From assembly GCA_044222475.1 (NCBI GenBank), contig JBGANF010000041.1:1-56335 (forward strand): a DNA stretch of 56,335 bases. Reading direction: 5' to 3'. Positions within the stretch are counted from its first letter, which is position 1, and each line of letters opens with the position of its first letter. The position numbers and the translations under genes were made by a program. This DNA comes from Polyangiaceae bacterium. GTDB lineage: Bacteria; Myxococcota_A; Polyangia; Polyangiales; Polyangiaceae. Below the pieces are notes generated by a model. The model did no database searches, was not told the origin of the DNA, and saw only the letters and a program-made list of their open reading frames with translations. Positions 21,195 to 30,727 of the stretch are shown one piece after another.

Positions 21195-21605
21195 TCACAT
21201 CGCGACGGCGAACAGATCACGCAGCTTCGGATACGGGTCGTCGTTCCAGTCGAGACCGTCGAGACCGAAGCGGAACGACGTCGTCATTCCGTCGCCCCAC
21301 GGCCACCACAGGCCGAAGGGTACGAGCGGCCCGGCGTCGGTCGCGGAGAGGAGGAGCTGACCGGCGCGCAGCCCGCCCGTTCGCTCGGAGAGGGCGCGAA
21401 GCGGCGACGTCGCCTTCGAGATCGTGAGCGCGTTGTACTCCACCGGGAACGCCTCGCGCGCGGCCTGCCGCGCCTTGCTCTCGAACTCGACGGTGAACGA
21501 CGAGGTGATGCAGACGAGGCGGCTATCCCAGCTGAATGCGCGGGCGGGCCAATTGGTGCGAAGCTTCTGGAGGCGATCGAAGAGCGGCTGCCAGGGCGGT
21601 GCCAT
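21195..21605 (-). CDS. Hypothetical protein
   Basis: 136-aa ORF with coding-like composition, 3 bp from the next gene on the same strand. Confidence 0.75.
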   Translation of the reverse strand: MAPPWQPLFDRLQKLRTNWPARAFSWDSRLVCITSSFTVEFESKARQAAREAFPVEYNALTISKATSPLRALSERTGGLRAGQLLLSATDAGPLVPFGLWWPWGDGMTTSFRFGLDGLDWNDDPYPKLRDLFAVAM

Positions 21606-21647
21606 GGCAGTAACTTACTCCGGCTGGAGCCTTTACCAACAATTTCG

Positions 21648-21833
21648 TCACTCCTTCGATCGCGGCCTCCGGCCGCTCGCTTGATCGCCCTGCTGCGAGG
21701 CCGACGGAAGGATGAGGGCGATCACCACTTCACCGTGTTGGTTGAGCTTGTCGAGCACGCGGGCGCCGACGATGCCCTTCTTCCGCGCGAGCTCGTCGAT
21801 CGCCGCCTTGAGCTGCTGCACGAGGAGGTTCAT
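21648..21833 (-). CDS. Small hypothetical protein, 61 aa
   Basis: GAGGT RBS and TATAGT just upstream; amphipathic sequence. Confidence 0.65.
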   Translation of the reverse strand: MNLLVQQLKAAIDELARKKGIVGARVLDKLNQHGEVVIALILPSASQQGDQASGRRPRSKE

Positions 21834-21881
21834 GACCTCACTATACTGAACACGTGCTCAGCTTCAAGACAGCTCGAACGA

Positions 21882-22895
21882 CTACTTGCAGCTCAGCGAA
21901 ACGTCGGGGGTTTTTCGGTTCGGGTACACGAACGTGACGCCGTACGGGAAGAGCTTCGCCCCGCTGCCCGGCGTCACGTCGAACGCGATCGTGCCGTTCA
22001 TGAAGCCGCTCGCCGACGTGTTCAGATACGCGATGTTCCAACCGGTAACGGTGAGCTTCTGTCCGTTGTCGGTGCGATCGCCCGCGACCGACGCGAGCTT
22101 CATCGGCAGCGGCTCGCCGCCGGCCATCGGTCCCATCGGCTGCGGGTCCGACGTCAGATCGTAGACGAAGTGACCGTGCGGGCCCTGCTGGTCGTCGACG
22201 TGGATCCGCGAAGAGACGAGCACCTTGCCGAGCGCGCTCGAGATCTCGCCGGCGTCGAGCTTCAGCGGGCTCGCCGGTGAAGGCCCGAGACCGAGGAGCT
22301 CGGCGCCCTGGGCGACCCCGGTGAACGCGATGCCGATCTTGTAGCCGGACTCGCCGCGCGTGTTCACGTAGGCCGATGCCGACGCTTGGACGCCCTTGAA
22401 GTACGAGTCGACCGCGAAGAGGTCGAACGGGATGGGGTCGCCCCGCTTGCCGAACGTCGTGTCGAACCCGAGCGCGAACTGGAGCTCCATCGAAGTGCCG
22501 GTGACGGTGCTGCTGAGCGCGTACTTCCCTTGTCCCAAATAGGTAAAGTCGCCGTTGCCTGTCGCCTTGCCGAGCGCGAGGTTCAAGAAAATGCTCTCGA
22601 TCGAGAGGCTCGCCTTCGCGGCGAGCCCGCCGCAGACGACCAGCTCGTGGCAGCTCTGGCGGAAATCGCGCGCGAGCTCCAGGGCGTCTTCGATCTCGCT
22701 CTTGGTGAACGCCGACGAGCACGCGCCGATCCCGGGGTGGGTCGGGTCGTCGAGGGCGTCCACCGGCGCCGCCGTGTTCTCCTTCGGTCCGTCGGCGCCG
22801 GCGTCGGCGCTCGGCCCCCCGACGTTCAACGACGAGCACGCGGTGGCGATCACGAGGCAGGGCAACGCGACGAAAAGAAAGCGGGACGGTCTCAT
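21882..22895 (-). CDS. Putative lipoprotein
   Basis: MRPSRFLFVALPCLVIATAC lipobox; beta-rich mature part. Confidence 0.8.
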   Translation of the reverse strand: MRPSRFLFVALPCLVIATACSSLNVGGPSADAGADGPKENTAAPVDALDDPTHPGIGACSSAFTKSEIEDALELARDFRQSCHELVVCGGLAAKASLSIESIFLNLALGKATGNGDFTYLGQGKYALSSTVTGTSMELQFALGFDTTFGKRGDPIPFDLFAVDSYFKGVQASASAYVNTRGESGYKIGIAFTGVAQGAELLGLGPSPASPLKLDAGEISSALGKVLVSSRIHVDDQQGPHGHFVYDLTSDPQPMGPMAGGEPLPMKLASVAGDRTDNGQKLTVTGWNIAYLNTSASGFMNGTIAFDVTPGSGAKLFPYGVTFVYPNRKTPDVSLSCK

Positions 22896-22966
22896 CGATC
22901 CGTTCGACGGAGGGACTTCTTCAGCATTCACCGGAACTTGGACGTCCGCGCGGTGTCCGACGACCC

Positions 22967-23230
22967 ATGCACCCCTACCGCGCGCTCGAGACCTCCCGCG
23001 AAGCCCCCAAGCCCCCGAAATCCAAGCTTCCCTGGATCCTGCTCGTCGCGGGCGCCCTCCACGCCGTCGTCCTCGGCGCCGGGGCGCTCGCCCATCCGGC
23101 CGCCTCGGCGGACGCAGCCTCCGCGCCGCAAGGCAAGACGATCACGGTCCTCGGCGGTCACGTCGACGAGCGCACCGGCGACGTCGCGCTGAGCGGCTAC
23201 CAGCTGGCGAGCGTTCCGTCGAAACGTTAG
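22967..23230 (+). CDS. Small single-TM hypothetical protein
   Basis: MHPYR N-terminus followed by one hydrophobic helix. Confidence 0.6.
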   Translation: MHPYRALETSREAPKPPKSKLPWILLVAGALHAVVLGAGALAHPAASADAASAPQGKTITVLGGHVDERTGDVALSGYQLASVPSKR

Positions 23231-23234
23231 CCGG

Positions 23235-23975
23235 CTAGCGAAGTCGCCGGACCACCCACCCGCGCACCGCCCTCGGCGCGCGGGATGCGGCCAGGGTGAG
23301 CGTCGCGAGCGGCTCGGGGAGACGCACCACCGCCGGTCGTGACTCGAGGGCGCGCACGATCCGCTCCGCCGCGTCGGCTGGCTCGAGGAGCTGCGGCATC
23401 GGGTGCGTGCTCTTGGCGACCATCGCGGTGCGCACGAAGCCGAGCTCGACGTGAGTCACGTCGACGCCAGAGTCGAGCGCGTCGAGGCGGAGACACTCCA
23501 TCAGCATCGCGAGCCCGGCCTTCGGCGCGCAGTACGATGCCGAATCGGGCAGGGGTCCATACGACGCCAGCGATCCGATCGCGACGAGATGACCCCGCCG
23601 TCGCTCGCGCATGCGCGGAAACACCGCCGTCAGCGTGGCGGCGGCGCCGCAGAAATTCGTGTGGAGCGCCCCGCGCATCGCCTCCCACGAGCTCGGATCG
23701 TGCGCCGCGTCGGCGCCGACGCCCGCGTTCGCGACGACCCGGTCGATCGGCGACTCGTCGTCGAGCCGGCGGACGGCGGCGACGTGCGCGTCCCCGTCGG
23801 ACACGTCGCCTTCGGAGACGCGCGAGCGCCCGCCGGCGTGGGCGATCTCGGCGGCGACCTCGTCGAGCGTCGATCGATCGCGACCGACGAGGACGACCTC
23901 GTCTCCGCGGCGCGCGAGCTCGAGGGCGAGGCTCCGGCCGATGCCGCGGGACGCTCCGGTGATGAGGGTTCGCAT
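23235..23975 (-). CDS. Short-chain dehydrogenase/reductase
   Basis: TGASRGIG, NAG, YCAPK (YxxxK). Confidence 0.93.
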   Translation of the reverse strand: MRTLITGASRGIGRSLALELARRGDEVVLVGRDRSTLDEVAAEIAHAGGRSRVSEGDVSDGDAHVAAVRRLDDESPIDRVVANAGVGADAAHDPSSWEAMRGALHTNFCGAAATLTAVFPRMRERRRGHLVAIGSLASYGPLPDSASYCAPKAGLAMLMECLRLDALDSGVDVTHVELGFVRTAMVAKSTHPMPQLLEPADAAERIVRALESRPAVVRLPEPLATLTLAASRAPRAVRGWVVRRLR

Positions 23976-23998
23976 GCGGGCATGCTAGAAGGAGAGGG

Positions 23999-25123
23999 AT
24001 GCGACTGTCTCGCGGGTGGCTCTACGGGATCGGGCTCGCCGGCCTCGTCGGCGCGGGCTGGGCGTGCCTCCACCGCGACGCCACGGCCGATTCGAAGGCC
24101 AAGGAAGTGACCGGCACCGCCGTCCTCGTGCTCGCGACCGCTCACGACGAGCACGCCACGACGACGGAGGTCCGCCGGGTCGAGGTCGAGAGCGACGGCG
24201 TGCGCTCGTCCGTACTCGCGACGATCCCGCATCCGCCGGGCGCCGTCGTTCGCGGCGACGCACGCGGAGAGCGCATCGTCGTGGTGGCCGACGACGCGCT
24301 CGCGACCGACCGCGATTGGGGAGCGACGCTGTATCGCGTCGAGGCGGGCGGGTCGGGCGCGCGCGCCGTCCTCGGGGGCGTCGGCCACGCGAGCCGTCCG
24401 CTCGTCGGCGACGACGGGCTCGTCTACGTCGAGCGCGGGTCGAGCGGCCCCATGCCGACCGACGACCAGGCGAGGGCAGGGCACCTGCGCGACGATGCGA
24501 TCTCGATCGCCGCCGTCGACGACGCCGGCTCCGCCAAGAGCGTGTATTCCGCAACGGGTTACGCGCTCCACCTCTGCGGCGCCGTCGGCAACGAGCTCGT
24601 GGTCTATCGCGTGCGCTTCGGCGGCGCCGATCTCGTCGCCGTGGATCGCCGCAGCGGCGCGTCGCGCCTCGTCACCGACGTCCCTCCGTACGCGCGGGAT
24701 TTCACGGTCGACCGCTCCCGCGGCGCGATCGTCTTCTCCAACCGCGACGCGACCGACGCGCGTCGATGGGTCGTCGACCGAGTGGACCTCGCCACCGGGC
24801 AAATCACCGAGCTCCACGCCGAGAACGACTCGGCTCCCGCGCCGTTCGCGCTCGCGTCGGGGGGCTTCGCGTTCACCGCGCCGGGTCGCCGCGGCCTCGC
24901 GTTCGACGGCGGAGATCCGGTCGCGCCGCTCGGCGCCGGCTTCGACGCGACGCAAGCCGAGAGCGCGGACGGCGCGTGGCTGCTCGTCGCGCACGTGCCG
25001 ATGTCCGGCTACGACGAGACGGTCGCGCTCCACCGAAGGACGACGCGCGTGATTCGGCTCACGAGCCGAGACGAACGCATCGACGCGATCGGCTTCGTCG
25101 ACGGCGGGAGCGTCGTCCGATGA
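23999..25123 (+). CDS. Secreted hypothetical protein, probably beta-propeller-like
   Basis: N-terminal signal/TM segment and repeated beta-strand pattern; ATGA overlap with the next gene. Confidence 0.7.
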   Translation: MRLSRGWLYGIGLAGLVGAGWACLHRDATADSKAKEVTGTAVLVLATAHDEHATTTEVRRVEVESDGVRSSVLATIPHPPGAVVRGDARGERIVVVADDALATDRDWGATLYRVEAGGSGARAVLGGVGHASRPLVGDDGLVYVERGSSGPMPTDDQARAGHLRDDAISIAAVDDAGSAKSVYSATGYALHLCGAVGNELVVYRVRFGGADLVAVDRRSGASRLVTDVPPYARDFTVDRSRGAIVFSNRDATDARRWVVDRVDLATGQITELHAENDSAPAPFALASGGFAFTAPGRRGLAFDGGDPVAPLGAGFDATQAESADGAWLLVAHVPMSGYDETVALHRRTTRVIRLTSRDERIDAIGFVDGGSVVR

Positions 25124-26217
25124 AGCGCGCCGCCGTCGCCATCGCGCTCGTCCTCGCGACGGGCCTCGAGGAGCGCGTCGCGTCCGCGTTCTGCCCGAGC
25201 TACACGCCGGCACAGACCGCCGGCGGGCAGAACTGCGGCGTCGAGCCCGCACCGGGGACGAACCCGAACGTCGCCGCGTGGCAGGCGATCTTCGCGAAGG
25301 TCGCACCCGGCGCGGCGAGCTGGGGGACCGACGGCCCGACGATCGGGACGATGGGCTCGGGCTGCGGCAAGCCCAAGCCGACGACCCAGGTTCCAGCCCA
25401 TTTCCCCTGTCACGTTCTCCAGGCCATCGCGATGCAGGAGAGCGGGTGGCGTCAGTTCTGCGTGCCCGACACTCCGGCCGGTTCGGTCGGCGCGCCGTCG
25501 CGCACGATCGTCTCGTTCGACTGCGGCTACGGCATCGGCCAGGTCACGAGCGGAATGCACGTGGGCGAGACGCCGACGTTCGATCGCGCGCGCGTCGCCG
25601 CCGAACCGACGTACAACATGGCGACCGGCACGCGCATCCTCGCCGCGAAGTGGTCGGCCACGAAGTGCGTCGGCGACAACGATCCGGATCTCGTCGAGGA
25701 CTGGTACACCGCGATCTGGGCGTACAACGGGCTCGCGTACAGCAACAACCCGAACAACCCCGCGCTGACCGCCGGCCGCGGCGTCTACGATCCCAAGAAC
25801 GGCGGGAGCTACGCCTACCAAGAGCGGGTGCTCGGCTGGATGGAGCACCCCCCGGCCGACGGACGATGGAACGCGCTCGCGGCGGCGTACCCGAACCGCG
25901 GCGAGATCGGCAACGCGGGCTCGCCCCCCGACCTCTCGGAGCCGAGCTGCGCATCACCGACGGACTGCACGAACAAGCGGGGAACCCACGCCTCGACCTG
26001 CGCGGGCACTCCGCCGCCGGACGGAGGCGTCGCGGACGCCGGGCCTTCGAGCGACGCCGGGCCTTCGAGCGACGCGGGCCCGCCGCCCGCACCCGCCGAC
26101 GACGGCGGCTGCTCCTGCCGCACGGCACCGAGCCCGTCGTCCCACTTTGGTACGACCGCGGGCCTCTGCCTGCTCGCCCTCGCGCTACTTCGGCGCCGGA
26201 CCGCGCGAAAGCGCTAG
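25120..26217 (+). CDS. Lytic transglycosylase (SLT-like) with MYXO-CTERM-like tail
   Basis: AIAMQESG, GYGIGQV, AIWAYNG motifs; C-terminal DDGGCSC + hydrophobic segment + RRR. Confidence 0.8.
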   Translation: MKRAAVAIALVLATGLEERVASAFCPSYTPAQTAGGQNCGVEPAPGTNPNVAAWQAIFAKVAPGAASWGTDGPTIGTMGSGCGKPKPTTQVPAHFPCHVLQAIAMQESGWRQFCVPDTPAGSVGAPSRTIVSFDCGYGIGQVTSGMHVGETPTFDRARVAAEPTYNMATGTRILAAKWSATKCVGDNDPDLVEDWYTAIWAYNGLAYSNNPNNPALTAGRGVYDPKNGGSYAYQERVLGWMEHPPADGRWNALAAAYPNRGEIGNAGSPPDLSEPSCASPTDCTNKRGTHASTCAGTPPPDGGVADAGPSSDAGPSSDAGPPPAPADDGGCSCRTAPSPSSHFGTTAGLCLLALALLRRRTARKR

Positions 26218-26454
26218 GATCGCGCGGAACACGTCCTTCATCGCGTCGCCGTCCATCCCGCGGGCGTTGGCCCAGGCGGCCCGATCCTCGAGGAGGGTCT
26301 CCTCCCGAGCGGCGTCGTACAGCGGCAGCCCGCTCGCGGCCTTCAGCCGCCGCAGCTCCTCGACGATGGAATCGCGCTCGGCGATGGAGTCGACGATCTT
26401 GGCGTCGACCGCGTCGATCCGTCCCCGTAGCTTCGCAAGGGCTGCCTGATCCAT
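26185..26454 (-). CDS. Monofunctional chorismate mutase (AroQ class)
   Basis: LAKLRGRIDAVDAKIVDSIAER...LK...YDAARE...VFRAIL pattern. Confidence 0.85.
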   Translation of the reverse strand: MDQAALAKLRGRIDAVDAKIVDSIAERDSIVEELRRLKAASGLPLYDAAREETLLEDRAAWANARGMDGDAMKDVFRAILALSRGPAPK

Positions 26455-26586
26455 GGCTCACTGGTACCCGAACGAGCGATCCATTCCCACCCCTCACCGC
26501 GAAGCGCCCCATTCCGGTTCCCATTCCCGTTCCACACTCCTTCGCATTCGTCTTTTGGTCGGTAGCGAGCTATGCCTCCCCGGATC

Positions 26587-29013
26587 ATGGCCACCCCGGA
26601 AGTCCTCGCGCCCGCCGGCGACGCCGCCGCGCTCGACGCCGCCATCCGCGGCGGAGCGGACGCGGTGTACTTCGGGCTCCACGGCTTCAACGCCCGCGCG
26701 CGGGCGACCAACTTCGACGAGTCCACCCTCGCCGAGACGATGCGGAAGCTCCACGCGCACGGCGTGAAGGGCTACGTCACCCTCAACACGCTCGTGTTCG
26801 ACGGCGAGCTCCCCCGCGTCGAGGCGGCGATCCGCACCTGCGCAGCGGCCGGGGTCGACGCGATCATCGTGCAGGATCTCGGCGTCGCGCTCCTCGCGCG
26901 CGCCGTCGCGCCCACGCTCCCGGTCCACGCGTCGACCCAGATGACCTGCACCGACGCGTCGTCGGTCGCGTTCGCCGCCGAGCTCGGCGCCAAGCGGGTG
27001 GTCCTCGCGCGCGAGCTCTCGATCGACGACATCGCGAGCATCGCGCGCGAAGGCCGCGCCGAGCTCGAGGTGTTCGTCCACGGCGCGCTGTGCGTCGCCT
27101 ACTCGGGGCAGTGCCTCACGAGCGAAGCCATCGGCGGACGCAGCGCGAACCGCGGAGCGTGCGCGCAGTCGTGTCGCTTGCCGTACGAGCTCGTCGTCGA
27201 CGGCGAAGTGCGTGACCTCGGCGATCGTGCGCACCTGCTTTCGCCCGAGGATCTCGAGGCCAGCGCCCTCGTGCCCGATCTCGCCGCGGCTGGCGTCGTG
27301 TCGCTGAAGATCGAGGGTCGCCTCAAGGGTCCCGAGTACGTCTTCGCGACGACCCGTCTCTACCGCGAGGCCGTCGAGGGCAGAGCGAAGGCCGAGCACG
27401 TCGCCGACGCGCTGCAGACGTTCTCGCGTGGGTCGGGGACGGGCTTCCTCCGCGGCGTCGATCATCAGCGGCTCGTGGACGGGCGGACGTGCGATCACCG
27501 CGGCATCGAGATCGGGCGCGTCTCGAGCACGCGCCTCCAGGCAGGCAAGACGTGGCTCCGCGCCACGCTGACCGAGCCGCTCGTGAAGGGCGACGGCGTC
27601 CTGGTCGAGGGCGGCTTCGGCGGCAAAGGCGAGGTCGGCGGCCGCGTGTGGGATCTCGCGGCGCAGGGCGGCGAGACGCTCGTGTGGCTCGGGCCCGACG
27701 TCGCGGTCGGTACGCTCGCCGAGCCGCGCCGGCTCTTTCGCACGAGCTCGCCGACCGTCGAGAAGCGCCTCGGCGTGGCGATGGACAAAGAGCGGTTCCA
27801 CGCGCCGCTCGTCATGACGATCCGCGGCCGAGAAGGCGAGCACCCCACGCTGTCGGCGCGGTCTCTCCGCGATGGGCGCACCGCCGAGGTGAAGCTCGAC
27901 GCGCCGCTCGTCCGCGCGACGTCATCCGGCGCCGCGACCGATCGCGCGATGCTCGAGGACAAGCTGGGCCGACTGGGCGAGACGCCGTTCGCCCTCGCCG
28001 AGCTCGTGATCGATCTCCCGGACGGCATGCTCGTCCCGATGTCGGCCCTGAACCGGGCGCGCCGCGCCGTCGTCGCCGAGCTCGATCGCGCGGCTCCGCG
28101 CGAGCACGCGGTGACCGCGATCACCTGCGCCGATCTCCTCGCGTCGGCGAAGCTGCCGAAGGCTCCGCCGCTCGCGCGCGGGCTCTTCGTCCTGTGCCGC
28201 ACGCTCGGACAAGCGCAGGCCGCGATCGACGCCGGCGCCGACGGCGTGTACTTGGATTTTCTCGAGCTCACCGGGACCGGGCCGGCGCTCCGCGAGCTAC
28301 GCACGAAGGGCGCGCGCTTCGTCGGTGTCGCGCCGCCGCGCATTCGAAAGCCCGGTGAAGAGAAGATCGATCGCTACCTCGACGAGCTCGGCGCAGACGC
28401 GATCTTGGTCCGTGGTCTCGGCGCGCTTCGCGAGCCGGCGCGCGCGCCCAAGATCGGCGACTTCTCGCTCAACGTGACGAACCGGCTGACCGCGGCCGAG
28501 GTGCTGCGTCACGGGCTGTCGGCGTTCACGCCTTCGTTCGATCTCGACGCCGCACAGCTCGAGGCGTTCCTCGCCGATCCCGACCTCGCGTCCCGCGCGG
28601 AGGTGGTGCTGCACCACCCGATGCCGCTGTTCCACATGGAGCACTGCGTGATCGCGGCGCTCCTGTCCGAGGGCCGCGACCACAAGACGTGCGGACGCCC
28701 GTGCGAGAAGCACGCGGTGTCGCTCCGCGATCGCGCCGGGATGGTGCACCCGGTCGAGGCCGACGTCGGCTGTCGAAACACCGTGTTCCACGCGGCGGCG
28801 CAGAGCGCGGCGTCGCTCGCGCCGGGGCTCGCGAAGCACGGCGTGGGGCGCTTCCGCATCGAGCTCGTGCGCGAGGACGCGGCGCAGGTGGCGCGCATCG
28901 TGACCTCGTACCGCGAGCTCCTCGCGGCGAAGGTCGAGCCCACCGCGGTGTACAAGGCGCTGCGAGCAGACGGCGGCTACGGGGTGGTGCGAGGGTCGCT
29001 GCGGGTCCTGTGA
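26587..29013 (+). CDS. Peptidase U32 family protein, long RlhA-like type (probable prephenate-dependent RNA hydroxylase)
   Basis: EVLAPAG, GADAVYFG, HASTQ, LARELS, FVHGALCVAYSGQC, NRGACAQSCR, SLKIEGR, LGRLGETPF; second degenerate U32 domain. Confidence 0.88.
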   Translation: MATPEVLAPAGDAAALDAAIRGGADAVYFGLHGFNARARATNFDESTLAETMRKLHAHGVKGYVTLNTLVFDGELPRVEAAIRTCAAAGVDAIIVQDLGVALLARAVAPTLPVHASTQMTCTDASSVAFAAELGAKRVVLARELSIDDIASIAREGRAELEVFVHGALCVAYSGQCLTSEAIGGRSANRGACAQSCRLPYELVVDGEVRDLGDRAHLLSPEDLEASALVPDLAAAGVVSLKIEGRLKGPEYVFATTRLYREAVEGRAKAEHVADALQTFSRGSGTGFLRGVDHQRLVDGRTCDHRGIEIGRVSSTRLQAGKTWLRATLTEPLVKGDGVLVEGGFGGKGEVGGRVWDLAAQGGETLVWLGPDVAVGTLAEPRRLFRTSSPTVEKRLGVAMDKERFHAPLVMTIRGREGEHPTLSARSLRDGRTAEVKLDAPLVRATSSGAATDRAMLEDKLGRLGETPFALAELVIDLPDGMLVPMSALNRARRAVVAELDRAAPREHAVTAITCADLLASAKLPKAPPLARGLFVLCRTLGQAQAAIDAGADGVYLDFLELTGTGPALRELRTKGARFVGVAPPRIRKPGEEKIDRYLDELGADAILVRGLGALREPARAPKIGDFSLNVTNRLTAAEVLRHGLSAFTPSFDLDAAQLEAFLADPDLASRAEVVLHHPMPLFHMEHCVIAALLSEGRDHKTCGRPCEKHAVSLRDRAGMVHPVEADVGCRNTVFHAAAQSAASLAPGLAKHGVGRFRIELVREDAAQVARIVTSYRELLAAKVEPTAVYKALRADGGYGVVRGSLRVL

Positions 29014-29043
29014 GGGCGGCCCGGACCGAAGTCCGGGGCGCCT

Positions 29044-30018
29044 TCACTCGCGCCGGAAGGGACGCGAGTCTCGATCGAAGAGCTCCGCGTCGATCGAGCC
29101 GGGCGGCATCGACGGCCAATGCACCGGGAGCCCCGCCGCAAAGTCCGCCGCGGCCGTGACGACGACCGGCGCGCGCAGGATCCGCGTGTGACCGAGGCCC
29201 TCCGTGCGACGTAGCACGCCGCCCGGCCACGCCTCGGCGAACGCTTCGCCGTCGGCGAACGGGACCTCGCGATCCTCGGCGTCGTGGATCAGCATCATCG
29301 GCGCGGTGAACGTGGGCGCGACGCGGCGCACGTCGAGCTCCGACAGCGCAATCCCGAGGCGCAGCTCGATGCGGCGCTGGAGCTCGCGTTGCTCGTCGGT
29401 CTCGAGCCCGAGGAAGCGCGCGAACGCGCCGGCAAAGCGGGCCGGGCCTAGCGGCGGGCCGAGGAACACGAAGCGCGTCGACTGCGGGACGCTCCCGAGG
29501 TGAAGCGCGAGCGCCGACGCGGCGGCGCCGACCGAGTGGGCGACGATCGCGTCCACGCCTCCCACCGGATGGAGCGCATGCACCATGCGCTCGATCGCGA
29601 GCGCGATGTGCACCGCCGAGCTCGTCCGCGATGGCGCGTCGCCGTGCCCCGGCGCGTCGAACGCCACGACCCGGAACCCGCGCGCGCGCAGCGGCGCGAC
29701 GAACGACGCGAGCTGACTCCCGCGGCCCGACCACCCGTGCACGAGCAGCGCCGTCTTCGCGTCCTCGCGGGGCGCCTCCCACGTCCACGCCGGGAGATGA
29801 CCCGCGCCGAACGGCACGCGCCACGGCCGCGCGCCTTCGAGCGCCGCCGCTTCCCACTTCGGCCTGCGGTGCCGCGGCGCGGTGAGGAACGCGCCCTCGG
29901 CGAGGCGCAGCGCGAGATCGGGCGCGGTGGGCTTCAGCAGCTTCACGCTCCATCGGAGCGCCTCGCGCGAAAGGTCAGTGCGAACGTTCGTGCTAAAAAG
30001 AAGGTGCGAGAGGGGCAT
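29044..30018 (-). CDS. Alpha/beta hydrolase
   Basis: LLVHGWSG, FDAPGHG, AHSVG nucleophile elbow, HDAEDREV, GLGH. Confidence 0.9.
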   Translation of the reverse strand: MPLSHLLFSTNVRTDLSREALRWSVKLLKPTAPDLALRLAEGAFLTAPRHRRPKWEAAALEGARPWRVPFGAGHLPAWTWEAPREDAKTALLVHGWSGRGSQLASFVAPLRARGFRVVAFDAPGHGDAPSRTSSAVHIALAIERMVHALHPVGGVDAIVAHSVGAAASALALHLGSVPQSTRFVFLGPPLGPARFAGAFARFLGLETDEQRELQRRIELRLGIALSELDVRRVAPTFTAPMMLIHDAEDREVPFADGEAFAEAWPGGVLRRTEGLGHTRILRAPVVVTAAADFAAGLPVHWPSMPPGSIDAELFDRDSRPFRRE

Positions 30019-30048
30019 GGTGTTCTCCGTGGGCGCTGGAGGTCGACG

Positions 30049-30657
30049 CTAGCTGGCGTGCGCAGGAGCGCGACACGCGTCTTGGAGCAGCCGCTCGAAC
30101 GCGGCGCGGATGCGCTTGGGCGAGCGGGGATCGAGACCGAGACGATGGACGTAATAGGACCCGATCACGATCGAGAACAGCTCGTACGCGAACTGAACCT
30201 CGTCGAGGTCGGCCCGAAAGTGTTTCTCTTCCTTGGCGATGCGCGCGGCTTGGGCGAGCGTCTCGATCCAGTCGCGCTGGGCGGCGACGAGGACGTCGCG
30301 CGCGGGGCCGGGCCGATCGTCGAGCTCGACCCCGGCCACCATGAACACGCAGCCACCGGGCTGAAAATCGAGCGTCGGCCACTTGAGCCATCGGTTGAAG
30401 AGCGCCCGAACCCGCGGCTCGCCGCGCGGCTCCTTCAGGGCCGGCGCGACCACGTGGGCGATGAACCGATCGACCGCCTCCTTCAAGATGGCGACGTCGA
30501 GGTTCTCTTTCGAGGCGAAGTGGGCGAACAGGCCGCTCTTCGACATCCCGGTTCGCTCGGCGAGAGAGCCGATGGAGACGCCCGCGAGGCCCGCTTCGCT
30601 CGCGAGGGCGACGGCCGACGTCAGGATCGCGCTGCGAGTGGCTTCGCCCTTTCCCAT
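30049..30657 (-). CDS. TetR/AcrR-family regulator
   Basis: MGKGEATRSAIL...SIGSLAERTGMSKSGLFAHFASKE; PGGC. Confidence 0.93.
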   Translation of the reverse strand: MGKGEATRSAILTSAVALASEAGLAGVSIGSLAERTGMSKSGLFAHFASKENLDVAILKEAVDRFIAHVVAPALKEPRGEPRVRALFNRWLKWPTLDFQPGGCVFMVAGVELDDRPGPARDVLVAAQRDWIETLAQAARIAKEEKHFRADLDEVQFAYELFSIVIGSYYVHRLGLDPRSPKRIRAAFERLLQDACRAPAHAS

Positions 30658-30664
30658 GGACTCG

Positions 30665-30692
30665 AATATAGAACGATCGTTCGAATCGTCAA
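30665..30692 (-). promoter_or_regulatory. Sigma70-like promoter of tetR with a palindromic operator in the spacer
   Basis: Minus strand TTGACG-16 nt-TATATT, 7 nt before the ATG; perfect palindrome GAACGATCGTTC at 30671-30682. Confidence 0.75.
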
Positions 30693-30727
30693 GTCCCGTT
30701 GCCGCCGTTTGTGTGTAGGATGAGCCA

